DNA of 64,000 nucleotides, taken from assembly GCA_048270185.1 (NCBI GenBank), contig JBLWTJ010000001.1:448001-512000 (forward strand), read 5' to 3'. The position numbers and the translations under genes were made by a program. The notes beneath the pieces are model-generated. The model was not told the origin of the DNA and searched no databases. It saw only the letters and a list, made by a program, of their open reading frames with translations. This stretch comes from Bacteriovoracaceae bacterium (GTDB lineage Bacteria > Bdellovibrionota > Bacteriovoracia > Bacteriovoracales > Bacteriovoracaceae). Shown one piece after another: positions 19,938 through 29,116 of this stretch (its first letter is position 1; every line of letters starts with the position of its first letter).

Positions 19938-20243
19938 TTGATCGAATTAGGATTTTTAAAACGTTATGATTCAATAAAAAGGTTAATCGACTTTGGTACT
20001 AATGGATATTTTCCATTATTTGAAGATATTTCGATGAATTCTCAATTCGAAGAAATTCGAATGACTAAGGCCCAAAGACTTAAGGCAAAGTCTCTTCTAA
20101 AAAGAATCTCAACTCACAATAATCTCGACAAACAACGTGTTCTTTTTTCTTCTTTTGATGAAATTGATAAGTATATCGTTGCCCGTGCACTCATGGAAAT
20201 GGTGGAAGGAAAGATCTTAGATGCTAATCCGCAACTTCAGTAA
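19938..20243 (+). CDS. Hypothetical protein
   Basis: aggagg RBS before a TTG start; first of three overlapping ORFs. Confidence 0.6.
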   Translation: MIELGFLKRYDSIKRLIDFGTNGYFPLFEDISMNSQFEEIRMTKAQRLKAKSLLKRISTHNNLDKQRVLFSSFDEIDKYIVARALMEMVEGKILDANPQLQ

Positions 20244-20541
20244 AGTATTTACACTTTCACTATTGGCCTTAAGCCTTAAAGCGGAATACCGTGTGTATCA
20301 GTACATGGTATCATCAAGATTACGTCCACAAGCTCCAACGAGTGTTATCGTTACTTCAACACTCGATCCAAATTCCTATATCATGTACCACGGAGGAAAT
20401 CGCTCAATTCGCGTAAACCTTTTAAATACATGGATGTGCAAAGGTCACACAGGAAATAAGAAGCCTTGTGACTCTCCTATTGCGCAATTATCAAATCAAC
20501 TTAATCCGATGGCCGACCAGGCAGAGGCCCAAAATTTATGA
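20221..20541 (+). CDS. Small secreted hypothetical protein
   Basis: Signal peptide-like N-terminus; WMC.G.TG...C motif. Confidence 0.6.
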   Translation: MLIRNFSKVFTLSLLALSLKAEYRVYQYMVSSRLRPQAPTSVIVTSTLDPNSYIMYHGGNRSIRVNLLNTWMCKGHTGNKKPCDSPIAQLSNQLNPMADQAEAQNL

Positions 20542-21713
20542 GAGTTGAAGATAGTTCACAATTTAGCAAACTTAACTTGAAGCTCAAGAACGAAAGAGAT
20601 CGAGTTATTCAGCAAAAAAAAGTTGAAATTGAAAAAATAAAAGAGAATTATAATCAGCAATCAAAAGACCAAAGAATTATTGGTGCAGAAAAGCTTGATG
20701 CCATTAGAGATCAAAACCAAATGGCAATTCTGGAAACTCTCGATCACAAAGAAGCAAGACTTACAGATATAAAAAAATCACTAGAAGAAACACAGAAACA
20801 ATTCTCTAAACAAGAAAATTTTTCAAAGAATCAATTTGATAATAATATATCTGCTATTCGAGATAATTATCAACAACAGCTTGAGTATGTACATGAGAAA
20901 GCTCGCGAAGAACTCGCCGACACAACTGATATCGTAAACGAACTTGCCCAGAAAATAAAATACGATAATGAGGATCTCATTATCGAAGAAACGGCCAAGG
21001 CCAAAACGATTGCCAATGAAATGGCCGTGAGAAATGATGGCTTCATCTCAAATGTTGATAAGCAATTCAAAAGACAAGTAGCAAGTCTTGAAAAAGAGAA
21101 TAAAGTTCAAGTCAAAGGTCTAGAAAAAGATCAAAGACAAGAAATGTCACGTCTAAAGAGCGAGCATTTTCAAAAACTCTCTCAAAATAATACCTTTAAT
21201 CAAAACGAGCTCAAAGCACAAAAAGCTTTCCACGAAGATACAGTCAAGGGGCGTAAAGATGCCTTTGAAAGTAAATATGCCACTCTTCAAAAAGAACACC
21301 AATCACTTATGGGACGTCTCAAAGCCAAGATTGATGAAGAGCTTAATAGTTTAAAAACATATTACACGAAGGCCCGTGAAACGATTTCAAACAAGGCCGA
21401 AGACCAATTTTACAATATTACAAAAATTGAGCCACAAATTAAACAAGATGAGAAATTCTACTACTTCTCAATTGAAGTACCAAAACATGAAGAGCCAACT
21501 GTTCATATTAATGCACAAGAAAGAAATATTACGGTGACTCAAAATAGACGTTTTGATCAAAGAGTTGAAGAAAATGGCGACGTTTTTAAATCAAAGAGAT
21601 CAGAAAGTCTTATCAAAGAATTCAAAGTTCCCGATATTCTCGACGGGGCAAAAGTCACAAGAAATTACGACGAAGAAAATGCGACTCTTACCTACCGTAT
21701 TGCAAAGAGATAA
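20538..21713 (+). CDS. Long coiled-coil protein with a C-terminal Hsp20/alpha-crystallin-like domain
   Basis: About 285 aa of K/E/Q-rich heptads, then YYFSIEVP...ITV...KEFKVPD.LD..KV...Y...L. Confidence 0.65.
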   Translation: MRVEDSSQFSKLNLKLKNERDRVIQQKKVEIEKIKENYNQQSKDQRIIGAEKLDAIRDQNQMAILETLDHKEARLTDIKKSLEETQKQFSKQENFSKNQFDNNISAIRDNYQQQLEYVHEKAREELADTTDIVNELAQKIKYDNEDLIIEETAKAKTIANEMAVRNDGFISNVDKQFKRQVASLEKENKVQVKGLEKDQRQEMSRLKSEHFQKLSQNNTFNQNELKAQKAFHEDTVKGRKDAFESKYATLQKEHQSLMGRLKAKIDEELNSLKTYYTKARETISNKAEDQFYNITKIEPQIKQDEKFYYFSIEVPKHEEPTVHINAQERNITVTQNRRFDQRVEENGDVFKSKRSESLIKEFKVPDILDGAKVTRNYDEENATLTYRIAKR

Positions 21714-21715
21714 TA

Positions 21716-22414
21716 CTAGATATCTCTTTGATGAACTTCAACTTTATTAACTCGAATAAGAGTTTTAATTTCCCTCTTAATTTGATTAACCCAACGTGGG
21801 TGAAGTTGAACATTTAAAGTTAATAGCCTTTCATCTGAGACAGCATCAAGTACTTCTTCACTGACAATTTCAATATCTTCAACTCGAGAGTAAAGAATTT
21901 CTTTAACGTGTCCACGAATTCGACCATTTGAAAGTACTTCAATAAAGTAGTGTTGCTTGGCCTTATCAGACTCAAGCATCTTATATACAGGGTTAATAAG
22001 TCTTAAAACGCCAAATAATGACACTGTAATAAGTGAGGCAATTACAGGATAACCGTAACCTACAGTCATACCAATTGCAGCAACAACCCAAACCGTTGCG
22101 GCAGTTGTCATTCCAACAACATTACCACGACCTTGAATAATGGCCCCGGCCCCTAAGAAACCAATACCACTAACAATTTGAGCGGCCATTCGATTGGGGT
22201 CAGCATTTGGATGATGAGTGTCAGTTAATGTTATAATACTAAGAGCTGTATATGTCGCCGCACCAAGGCAAATGAGCATATTGGTCTTAATTCCAGCAGA
22301 CTTCATCTTTTGCTCTCGGTCGTAACCAATAAACCCACCTAGGAGAATTGAACTAACAACCTTAATCCCCATTGAAACATAAACTGGTTGCTCTCCGAGA
22401 AATTCAATATACAT
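21716..22414 (-). CDS. mgtC: MgtC/SapB family membrane protein
   Basis: IGYDRE, AGIKT, DPNRMAAQIVSGIGFLGAG and GMTTAATVW motifs. Confidence 0.92.
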   Translation of the reverse strand: MYIEFLGEQPVYVSMGIKVVSSILLGGFIGYDREQKMKSAGIKTNMLICLGAATYTALSIITLTDTHHPNADPNRMAAQIVSGIGFLGAGAIIQGRGNVVGMTTAATVWVVAAIGMTVGYGYPVIASLITVSLFGVLRLINPVYKMLESDKAKQHYFIEVLSNGRIRGHVKEILYSRVEDIEIVSEEVLDAVSDERLLTLNVQLHPRWVNQIKREIKTLIRVNKVEVHQRDI

Positions 22415-22469
22415 ATAACCTCTTTGCGAATAAAATTAACTAAAGTCTATTTTAACAAGGAATTATCAC

Positions 22470-23585
22470 TTGAAAAGGGCCAAGGCCGTAAATTTTTTGG
22501 CAATTCAAACAAATAACTACCTCAACCTAAAGGCCGACTTTACGATGAGTGAGAATCTTTATTCGAAAAATAAAGATTTTGAAAAATTTGAAGCCAGATT
22601 TCCAATTCAAGCTTATAAATTGCTTAGGGCCTACGAGTTTGAAATTAAAGTTGTCGTCCTTGATAATGCTAATAATATCCTCTTTAAGAAGAATCTTGAA
22701 ACTGACTCTTACGGTGGCTTACTAGCAAAGATTCCACTGCCAAAAGAAACAAAAGACTATATCGCTAAAATTGAAATCTATGAGATTTCAAAATACCCAG
22801 GCCTTGAACTCCTACTTGGAACATTCATACCTTTAAAGATTACAGATAATCGAAAAGTTATTATCTGTGATTTTGATAAGACTTTAGTTGAAACAAAGTA
22901 TTCAAAGCCAAGTGAGATTTACGACTCCCTAACAAGTCCACTGAAGAATTATCCAACCCTTGATAAATCAGTAGAGCTATTAAAATCATATATAGAACAA
23001 GGCTACCATCCATTTATTCTTTCAGCATCTCCGCATTTTTATGAGGATGCTATTAGAGATTGGCTGTATGCAAATGAAATCTTTACTGCAGGAATATTCT
23101 TAAAAGACTATCGTCGTATTCTGTCAATTTTAGAAAATGATCTAACACCAAAAGATATTAAGACTCAGGGGATTTACAAGCTGGGTCATCTGCTTGATAT
23201 TATCAATATGACAGATATTCCATCCCATATCGTTTTAATGGGAGATAATTTCGAGTCAGATCCACTCATCTATCTTACCTTCTCGGAGCTACTTACAGGA
23301 CGTGTTGAACCACGCCAGCTTTGGACAGAACTTAAAAAAGTTGAAGATTTTAAAGTAACAGCACGTCAGAATGGATTATTCTTAAATAAGATTTTTCAAA
23401 TCAAAGATAATGTTAAACATCACGGCCTAGATAAAGAAATTAAAATTTATATTAGAAAAAAGGCAAGTGAATCAAGCCTGAATGTCCCTAGTCCATTTAA
23501 TAGCTATAGTGGAGATATTGAATTATATGATGGTAACAAGCTACCTCATGCAAAGAGTAATTCAGGGGCCCAAAGTACAATCTGA
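22470..23585 (+). CDS. HAD-like phosphatase (App1/DUF2183 phosphatidate phosphatase-like)
   Basis: ICDFDKT (DxDxT), LSASP and MGDNFESD motifs. Confidence 0.75.
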   Translation: MKRAKAVNFLAIQTNNYLNLKADFTMSENLYSKNKDFEKFEARFPIQAYKLLRAYEFEIKVVVLDNANNILFKKNLETDSYGGLLAKIPLPKETKDYIAKIEIYEISKYPGLELLLGTFIPLKITDNRKVIICDFDKTLVETKYSKPSEIYDSLTSPLKNYPTLDKSVELLKSYIEQGYHPFILSASPHFYEDAIRDWLYANEIFTAGIFLKDYRRILSILENDLTPKDIKTQGIYKLGHLLDIINMTDIPSHIVLMGDNFESDPLIYLTFSELLTGRVEPRQLWTELKKVEDFKVTARQNGLFLNKIFQIKDNVKHHGLDKEIKIYIRKKASESSLNVPSPFNSYSGDIELYDGNKLPHAKSNSGAQSTI

Positions 23586-23788
23586 CCAATACAAATATAG
23601 AGACCTACTTTATGAAATCTCTCAGTAAAATCTTGCCCAAGTACTCGCGAGACTTGTTTTGAGATAGGCCAATTAGCAGGAGAAAAACGAGTTAACTCAA
23701 TGGCAACTCTTAGACCAGAAAGGGCCACACATACGGCAATAAAAGTTTGATTGCTAGGATTAACAAGAGAACTTAAAATATTAGACAT
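23546..23788 (-). CDS. Small membrane protein, 80 aa
   Basis: Two hydrophobic segments; fills the gap between flanking plus-strand genes. Confidence 0.55.
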   Translation of the reverse strand: MSNILSSLVNPSNQTFIAVCVALSGLRVAIELTRFSPANWPISKQVSRVLGQDFTERFHKVGLYICIGQIVLWAPELLFA

Positions 23789-25235
23789 GGTAGCTCCATT
23801 AAATCAAAAACAACATAAAGCAAGTCAAACACTTACTATTGATCTCTTCGGAGATTTAAGTGAAGCCATTTACCAATTAGGTACTCTAGATCAAGAAGAT
23901 GTAAATCTTGCCTGGCAAGGACTTGCTAAGAGTTCATTCTTTGGCCCAAGTATTTTAAAAGGCCCATTACACAAGCTTTTCAGTAAGGTATTTGCCAAAC
24001 AAATTGATCGCCAAGCTAAACTTAATCAAAATGGAGTCGATTTCTATCATTCGACATTTTGGTCATTGATTGAAGAATATGCGAGAGCTTTAAAAGTAGA
24101 TTTCAATGAAGCTCTATATTTAAGTTTCATGCATGAATTCTTAAATAATCCGAGTTCAATTTTTGAAGAAATTGATGACTCACATTTAACGGCCAGCAAT
24201 AGTGAACTTTTCATAAACTCTCCAAATCAAGAGTATTTCTATGAAAAACTGCGCTTTATAAATTTTAAAACAAATGAGAATCTCAATTCGACGATTCCGC
24301 AAAGTCTGGGCTGTCCGTTTGCTCCATTTGGAGGATTTAATGAAGCGGGTCTTGGACTTAAACTTGTTCAAAGGCCATCGCTAAAACTAAATTACCAAGG
24401 CTTAAGTGCATCTTATCTTGCGATGGTTGTCCTGTTGGGTATGGATAATATTGATGAAGCTTGCGACTTTCTACTTGATCGTGAGTTAGTTTTTCATTGG
24501 GAATTTCATTTAACAGATAAAAATGGAAATAGTCGTGTCATTGCAATAGACGGCAATGTCGCAAAAGAGATCGAAACAAGAGAGCAAGCACAATTTCATA
24601 CACATAGTGATTTACAAAAACTCTATATAAAGGATCACTCACCTCTTAGTCTTGCAACTATCGAAATTTCAAGTGATCAAATTAATTTATGCCTCTTTGA
24701 TTCTAGTAAAGCTCAGATCAATTATATCGAGTGCACTGACAGCGTGAAAACAAAGTCACTTAAAGTGAATAAGACAACTCAGAGTATTTTTAAGATTAAG
24801 AATTACTTGAATGAGGCCCAAATAGCTTTTAATGAGAATCGCACAGAAGATTGTTACCACAAACTTCAATTGGCCCAAGTCTATACAAGAAAGGCATTTT
24901 CAAAGAATAAAAAATTGAATGCTAAATTAACTCTTACATTTTTGACCTGTCAGTATATCTTTGAAGACCACAAGGAAACTTATCAATTTATTCTAAAAGA
25001 ACTTCTTGAGATTTACTCTGATTTAACTCGATATGATAAGGACTTGACTCTCATTCTTATCCAAAGATTACAGATTCTCATGGATGAACCAAGAAACTTA
25101 ATTGAAGAGCCTTCAATCTTAAAGAGAATCTTCTTTAATGAATCAAGACTTCCAAAGCTTGCTCATATTGCACTAAAGAGAACAACATTACTTAGACCGA
25201 ATCATCTCGATTATTGCCCTATTTCTGGCCTTTAA
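23787..25235 (+). CDS. Degenerate peptidase C45 (Ntn-hydrolase)-like protein with a helical C-terminal region
   Basis: G...E..YQLG N-terminus, GFNEAGL motif and F.L.D..G motif. No G-C-T nucleophile site. ATG 23787 preferred. Confidence 0.5.
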   Translation: MVAPLNQKQHKASQTLTIDLFGDLSEAIYQLGTLDQEDVNLAWQGLAKSSFFGPSILKGPLHKLFSKVFAKQIDRQAKLNQNGVDFYHSTFWSLIEEYARALKVDFNEALYLSFMHEFLNNPSSIFEEIDDSHLTASNSELFINSPNQEYFYEKLRFINFKTNENLNSTIPQSLGCPFAPFGGFNEAGLGLKLVQRPSLKLNYQGLSASYLAMVVLLGMDNIDEACDFLLDRELVFHWEFHLTDKNGNSRVIAIDGNVAKEIETREQAQFHTHSDLQKLYIKDHSPLSLATIEISSDQINLCLFDSSKAQINYIECTDSVKTKSLKVNKTTQSIFKIKNYLNEAQIAFNENRTEDCYHKLQLAQVYTRKAFSKNKKLNAKLTLTFLTCQYIFEDHKETYQFILKELLEIYSDLTRYDKDLTLILIQRLQILMDEPRNLIEEPSILKRIFFNESRLPKLAHIALKRTTLLRPNHLDYCPISGL

Positions 25236-25238
25236 GCT

Positions 25239-25550
25239 CTAGAGAATATTTAGGCGTTTAATGGCATCTGCTAATTTCTTCTTGATAGGTTTCTTGATAG
25301 GTTTATTAACGGCCTGCTTTTCTGACTCCACAAGGTATAAGTCGGCTTTTTTGCTCCCAGCCTTTCGGCGCTTTCTAAGCTTTTCAACAAAGCTCATAAT
25401 GAGTGAAAAGCGCTTACTGTCATTATTGGCCTGCTGATAATCATCATGGCCTTCACAGCTAGAATGAGGGCGCTCAACAGGAGTCTGATCGGAGTTAATC
25501 TCCTTTGTCGGATGCGGTAAATTCTCAAGTTTTTTGATATTTAACGCCAT
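25239..25550 (-). CDS. Small basic hypothetical protein
   Basis: 103-aa ORF with TATAAT 5 nt upstream of the ATG. Confidence 0.5.
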   Translation of the reverse strand: MALNIKKLENLPHPTKEINSDQTPVERPHSSCEGHDDYQQANNDSKRFSLIMSFVEKLRKRRKAGSKKADLYLVESEKQAVNKPIKKPIKKKLADAIKRLNIL

Positions 25551-25650
25551 GACTTATTATAACCTTGTTCAAATTAAACAAAGTTTAAATATTATAAAAT
25601 CTTCCATCGTTAAATAACTGAAATCATTCAGTTTTTAAAGATAATTATAA

Positions 25651-25682
25651 TTGTCATTAGGTAGACATTAAAAAAATGTCAC
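25651..25682 (+). promoter_or_regulatory. Possible Pho-box-like direct repeats upstream of phnD
   Basis: TTGTCAT (25651) and TAGACAT (25662) at 11-bp spacing, plus ATGTCAC (25676). Confidence 0.35.
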
Positions 25683-25747
25683 ATTCATGCTAAAAGAGCG
25701 TAATTTCAAAATGTTAGATTTTTTTTCGTTTTTAAATAGGAGAACAA

Positions 25748-26665
25748 ATGAAACACACAATCGTTGCGATTATGACTATCGTATTGGCCATTACAACGGG
25801 TATTTCTTGTAAGAGAGATATGAAATTAGGAAGTAAAGATAACCCAGTTAAGCTCTACTTCACACCATCTGTTGATGCAGACACTATCGCTTCGAACTCT
25901 GTTCACTTCATCAAGTTCCTAGAAAAGGAAACAGGTCTTTATTTTAAAACAGGTATTCCAACAAACTATATCTCTGTTGTTGAGTCATTTGGTTCAAAGA
26001 GAGCAGATATTGCAGTTATGAATTCATTTGGTTATCTAATGGCAAATGAAAAATACGGAGCAAGTGCAAAACTAAAAGTTCTTCGTTACGGTCACGACTA
26101 CTACCAAGGACAAATCATTGCTCACGTAGACAGTGGAATCAATTCGATTGCAGACCTTGAAGGAAAGAAATTTGCATACACAGATCCATCATCAACTTCA
26201 GGTTACATGTTTCCATTAAAAATTATGATGGAAAATAACGTAAAGCCAGGAAATACAACTTTTGCAATTAAGCACGATAACGTTGTAACAATGGTTTATC
26301 AAAGACAAGTAGATGCTGGTGCAACTTACTACTCAGCTCCATCTGAAGATGGAACAATTCGTGATGCACGCTCACGTGTTAAGACTCAATTTCCTGATGT
26401 AGAAGAAAAAGTTAAAATCGTAACAATTACAGAAAAAATTCCTAATGACCCATTCGTATTCAGAAAAGATCTACCAAAGGAAGTTACTGATAATTTTATT
26501 ACTGCAGTTAAGAAATATATCGCAACTCCAGAAGGAAAAGAAATTTTCGAAAATATTTACAGTGTTGGTGGACTAGTTGATACAACTGATGCAGATTACG
26601 ATGGACTAAGAAACGTAATTAAAACACTAAATATCAATCTTGAAGAGCAACTTAACAAGAAGTAG
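25748..26665 (+). CDS. phnD: Phosphate/phosphite/phosphonate ABC transporter substrate-binding lipoprotein
   Basis: Lipobox-like GISC; DLEGKKFAYTDPSSTSGYMFP, H-D-N-V and IPND motifs. Confidence 0.88.
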   Translation: MKHTIVAIMTIVLAITTGISCKRDMKLGSKDNPVKLYFTPSVDADTIASNSVHFIKFLEKETGLYFKTGIPTNYISVVESFGSKRADIAVMNSFGYLMANEKYGASAKLKVLRYGHDYYQGQIIAHVDSGINSIADLEGKKFAYTDPSSTSGYMFPLKIMMENNVKPGNTTFAIKHDNVVTMVYQRQVDAGATYYSAPSEDGTIRDARSRVKTQFPDVEEKVKIVTITEKIPNDPFVFRKDLPKEVTDNFITAVKKYIATPEGKEIFENIYSVGGLVDTTDADYDGLRNVIKTLNINLEEQLNKK

Positions 26666-26700
26666 ATATAATTTTTTTATTTTAATAAAGTGAGAATGAA

Positions 26701-27462
26701 ATGATTCTAGAAGTTAAAAATGTTAACAAAGTTTATCCAAATGGCTGTCACGCCCTAAACAACGTTAGCTTTGACGTAAAAAAAGGGGAATTCCTTGTCA
26801 TTATTGGTCTTTCAGGTTCTGGAAAATCAACAATGCTAAGATGTATGAACCGTCTTCACGATGTAACAAGTGGAGAAATTCTATTTGAAGGAAAAGACAT
26901 CACAAAATTAAAAGGTTCGGCAATGAGACAAGCTCGTGCAGGAATCGGGATGATCTTCCAACACTTTAACTTAATTCCAAGAAGAACTGTTTTAACAAAT
27001 GTTCTTTCAGGAACTCTTGCAAGAACTGGAGTTCTAAAGTCAGTTCTAGGTATTTATTCAGAAGAAGACAAGAAGAGAGCTCAAGAGTATATCAAGATTG
27101 TTGGTCTTGAAGGGAAAGAAAATGTAAGAGCTGATAACTTATCAGGTGGTCAACAACAACGTGTTGCCATTGCTCGTGCACTTATGCAAAACCCAAAAGT
27201 TCTACTTGCTGATGAGCCAGTTGCATCTCTTGACCCGGCAACATCACACTCAGTTATGCAGTATCTTAAAAAGGTAAATGAAGAACTAGGTGTTACAGTT
27301 ATTTGTAACCTCCACTTCTTATCTCTTGTAAGAGAATACGCTTCTCGCGTTGTTGCTCTTAAAGGTGGAAAGTTAATCTATGAAGGTCAACCTTTAGATA
27401 TTAACGAAGAATGGTTCCAAACAATTTACGGTGAAGATGCCGTTGAAGTGACAATCAACTAA
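26701..27462 (+). CDS. phnC: Phosphonate ABC transporter ATP-binding protein
   Basis: GLSGSGKST, LSGGQQQRVAIARAL, LADEPVASLDP and CNLH motifs. Confidence 0.93.
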   Translation: MILEVKNVNKVYPNGCHALNNVSFDVKKGEFLVIIGLSGSGKSTMLRCMNRLHDVTSGEILFEGKDITKLKGSAMRQARAGIGMIFQHFNLIPRRTVLTNVLSGTLARTGVLKSVLGIYSEEDKKRAQEYIKIVGLEGKENVRADNLSGGQQQRVAIARALMQNPKVLLADEPVASLDPATSHSVMQYLKKVNEELGVTVICNLHFLSLVREYASRVVALKGGKLIYEGQPLDINEEWFQTIYGEDAVEVTIN

Positions 27463-27487
27463 GCTATTAGGGAAATAGGATTATATA

Positions 27488-28582
27488 ATGACAACGACAA
27501 CTCAAACAGCTACTCCAGAAGTAAATAACTTACCTCAAAGAAAAGAGGATAAGACATCTTATAAAGTTAAGATGAATATTATTTCTTTCATAATCGACTT
27601 CCTACTTTGGTCATATATGATCTTAGTTTCTTGGAAGATCGTATGGGAAAAATTAATTCTAGGTCTTAGATACCCAGATTTTTCATGGAATCAACCACTG
27701 CTAGCACTTGCGATTGGAGCAATCGTAGCGGCGGCCCTTTTTATGACAAAAATGTCTCTAGGTCGTGGTGTTACAGGAATTATGAAGCGTGATGAAAATA
27801 CTCTTTTTATGAAGGAGCCATTTTCAATCGTTCTTATCGCAACAATTGTTCTAACTTTTATTGCGAGTATCTTCATTTCACAAATCTCTGTATATGAATT
27901 CCTATCAGAATCAGGAATGACAGGAGCTAAGAGAATCTTTACAGCTCTTCTAACTCCAAACTTTGCAATTTTTGAAGAAGCACTATTTGCTGCAATTGAA
28001 ACTATCTACATGGCATTTATTGCAACTGCTGTAGCTCTTCCAATTGCATTTGTACTGGCCTTCTTTGCAGCTAGAAACTTAATGAATGGATCACGTCTAA
28101 CTATGTCGATCTACTCAATTGTTAGATTCTTCTTAAACGTTTCTCGCTCGATTGAGCCACTAGTATGGGCGATTATCTTCTCAGTATGGGTTGGTATCGG
28201 GCCATTCGCAGGTATGATGGCACTTTGTCTTCACTCTGTATCATCACTTTCTAAGCTTTATTCAGAGCAGATTGAGAACGTTTCAAATGGTCCAATCGAA
28301 GCAATGATGGCAACGGGTGCACACCCTGTTCAAGTTATTTGGTTTGGTGTTGTGCCACAAATCGTTCTTCCATACCTTTCTTTCTCAATCTACCGTTGGG
28401 ACATTAACGTTCGTATGGCCACAGTTATTGGTCTAGTTGGTGGAGGTGGTATTGGTACAATGCTAATGCAGTACCAAGGTCTTGCTAAGTGGAATGAAGT
28501 TGGTCTTTTAGTAATCGTTATTGCTGCAATCGTTTGGGCAATGGACTGGTTATCTTCTAAGATCCGAGAAGCCATAAAATAA
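27488..28582 (+). CDS. phnE: Phosphonate ABC transporter permease with an N-terminal TM extension
   Basis: RSIEPLVW, GIGPFAG, KLYSEQIE and YRWDINVR.ATVIGLVGGGGIG motifs. Confidence 0.92.
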   Translation: MTTTTQTATPEVNNLPQRKEDKTSYKVKMNIISFIIDFLLWSYMILVSWKIVWEKLILGLRYPDFSWNQPLLALAIGAIVAAALFMTKMSLGRGVTGIMKRDENTLFMKEPFSIVLIATIVLTFIASIFISQISVYEFLSESGMTGAKRIFTALLTPNFAIFEEALFAAIETIYMAFIATAVALPIAFVLAFFAARNLMNGSRLTMSIYSIVRFFLNVSRSIEPLVWAIIFSVWVGIGPFAGMMALCLHSVSSLSKLYSEQIENVSNGPIEAMMATGAHPVQVIWFGVVPQIVLPYLSFSIYRWDINVRMATVIGLVGGGGIGTMLMQYQGLAKWNEVGLLVIVIAAIVWAMDWLSSKIREAIK

Positions 28583-28584
28583 AT

Positions 28585-28613
28585 AAAAAAAGAGACTGAG
28601 TGTCTCTTTTTTT
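28585..28613. terminator. Bidirectional intrinsic terminator after phnE
   Basis: aaaaaaagagac-tgagt-gtctcttttttt. Confidence 0.8.
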
Positions 28614-28715
28614 AATTATGCGCCCTTCTTTAGGGTACAGCATATTCGAGAGAAAGACCTTTAGGTCTTTCGGTTCGCCAAAAGCGCAAAATAAAGATTC
28701 TATTTATATAAAGAG

Positions 28716-28743
28716 AAGGCCAGCTACAAAGCTGGCCTTTTTT
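28716..28743. terminator. Intrinsic terminator-like hairpin
   Basis: aaggccagct-acaa-agctggcctt followed by a T run. Confidence 0.7.
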
Positions 28744-28752
28744 ATTTCTGCG

Positions 28753-28986
28753 TTAGTTATCGCACATCCCCTTCTTAACAAAAGTATCCTGAATTTTTAA
28801 TGCATCACCTTTTGTATACCAGTATTGGCTATGCGGTTTCTCATGAATCAAAATACGATAATGATTCTTTGCTGGGTGCTTTTGTAGTGAACACGTTCCT
28901 TCAACCGAGGCGATTCCCCTCGAACTCATCCCACCACAGGATGCAAGTGTTGCACCTAAAATGACTACGGATAGTAATCTCTTCAT
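28753..28986 (-). CDS. Small lipoprotein
   Basis: aggagg RBS, MKRLL...LASC lipobox, RGIAS motif. Confidence 0.75.
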   Translation of the reverse strand: MKRLLSVVILGATLASCGGMSSRGIASVEGTCSLQKHPAKNHYRILIHEKPHSQYWYTKGDALKIQDTFVKKGMCDN

Positions 28987-29018
28987 AATTCCTCCTACGT
29001 CCATAATACGTAGTAATT

Positions 29019-29046
29019 TAATCGGTTATTCAGAGAATTAACTTTA
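29019..29046 (-). promoter_or_regulatory. Sigma28 (FliA)-like promoter of the small lipoprotein
   Basis: Minus strand TAAAGTT...ACCGATTA, i.e. TAAA-N16-ACCGATTA. Confidence 0.45.
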
Positions 29047-29116
29047 GTAAACGAGTCAATTATTATTGTATTTAAAAGTTGGCCACTTTCATGTATGCTG
29101 TTGTAAAGGAGAAAAA

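Noticed and set aside
28619..28688. tRNA gene (GCGCCC/GGGCGCA ends resemble tRNA-Arg) or c-di-GMP-I riboswitch
   Set aside because: No proper D arm, T arm (GTTCRA) or anticodon arm, and the GEMM core GGCAAACC...GACGCAAA is absent. Kept only as an unassigned structured element.
28600..28800. 66-aa plus-strand ORF
   Set aside because: It starts inside one terminator, reads through another and overlaps a real minus-strand gene.
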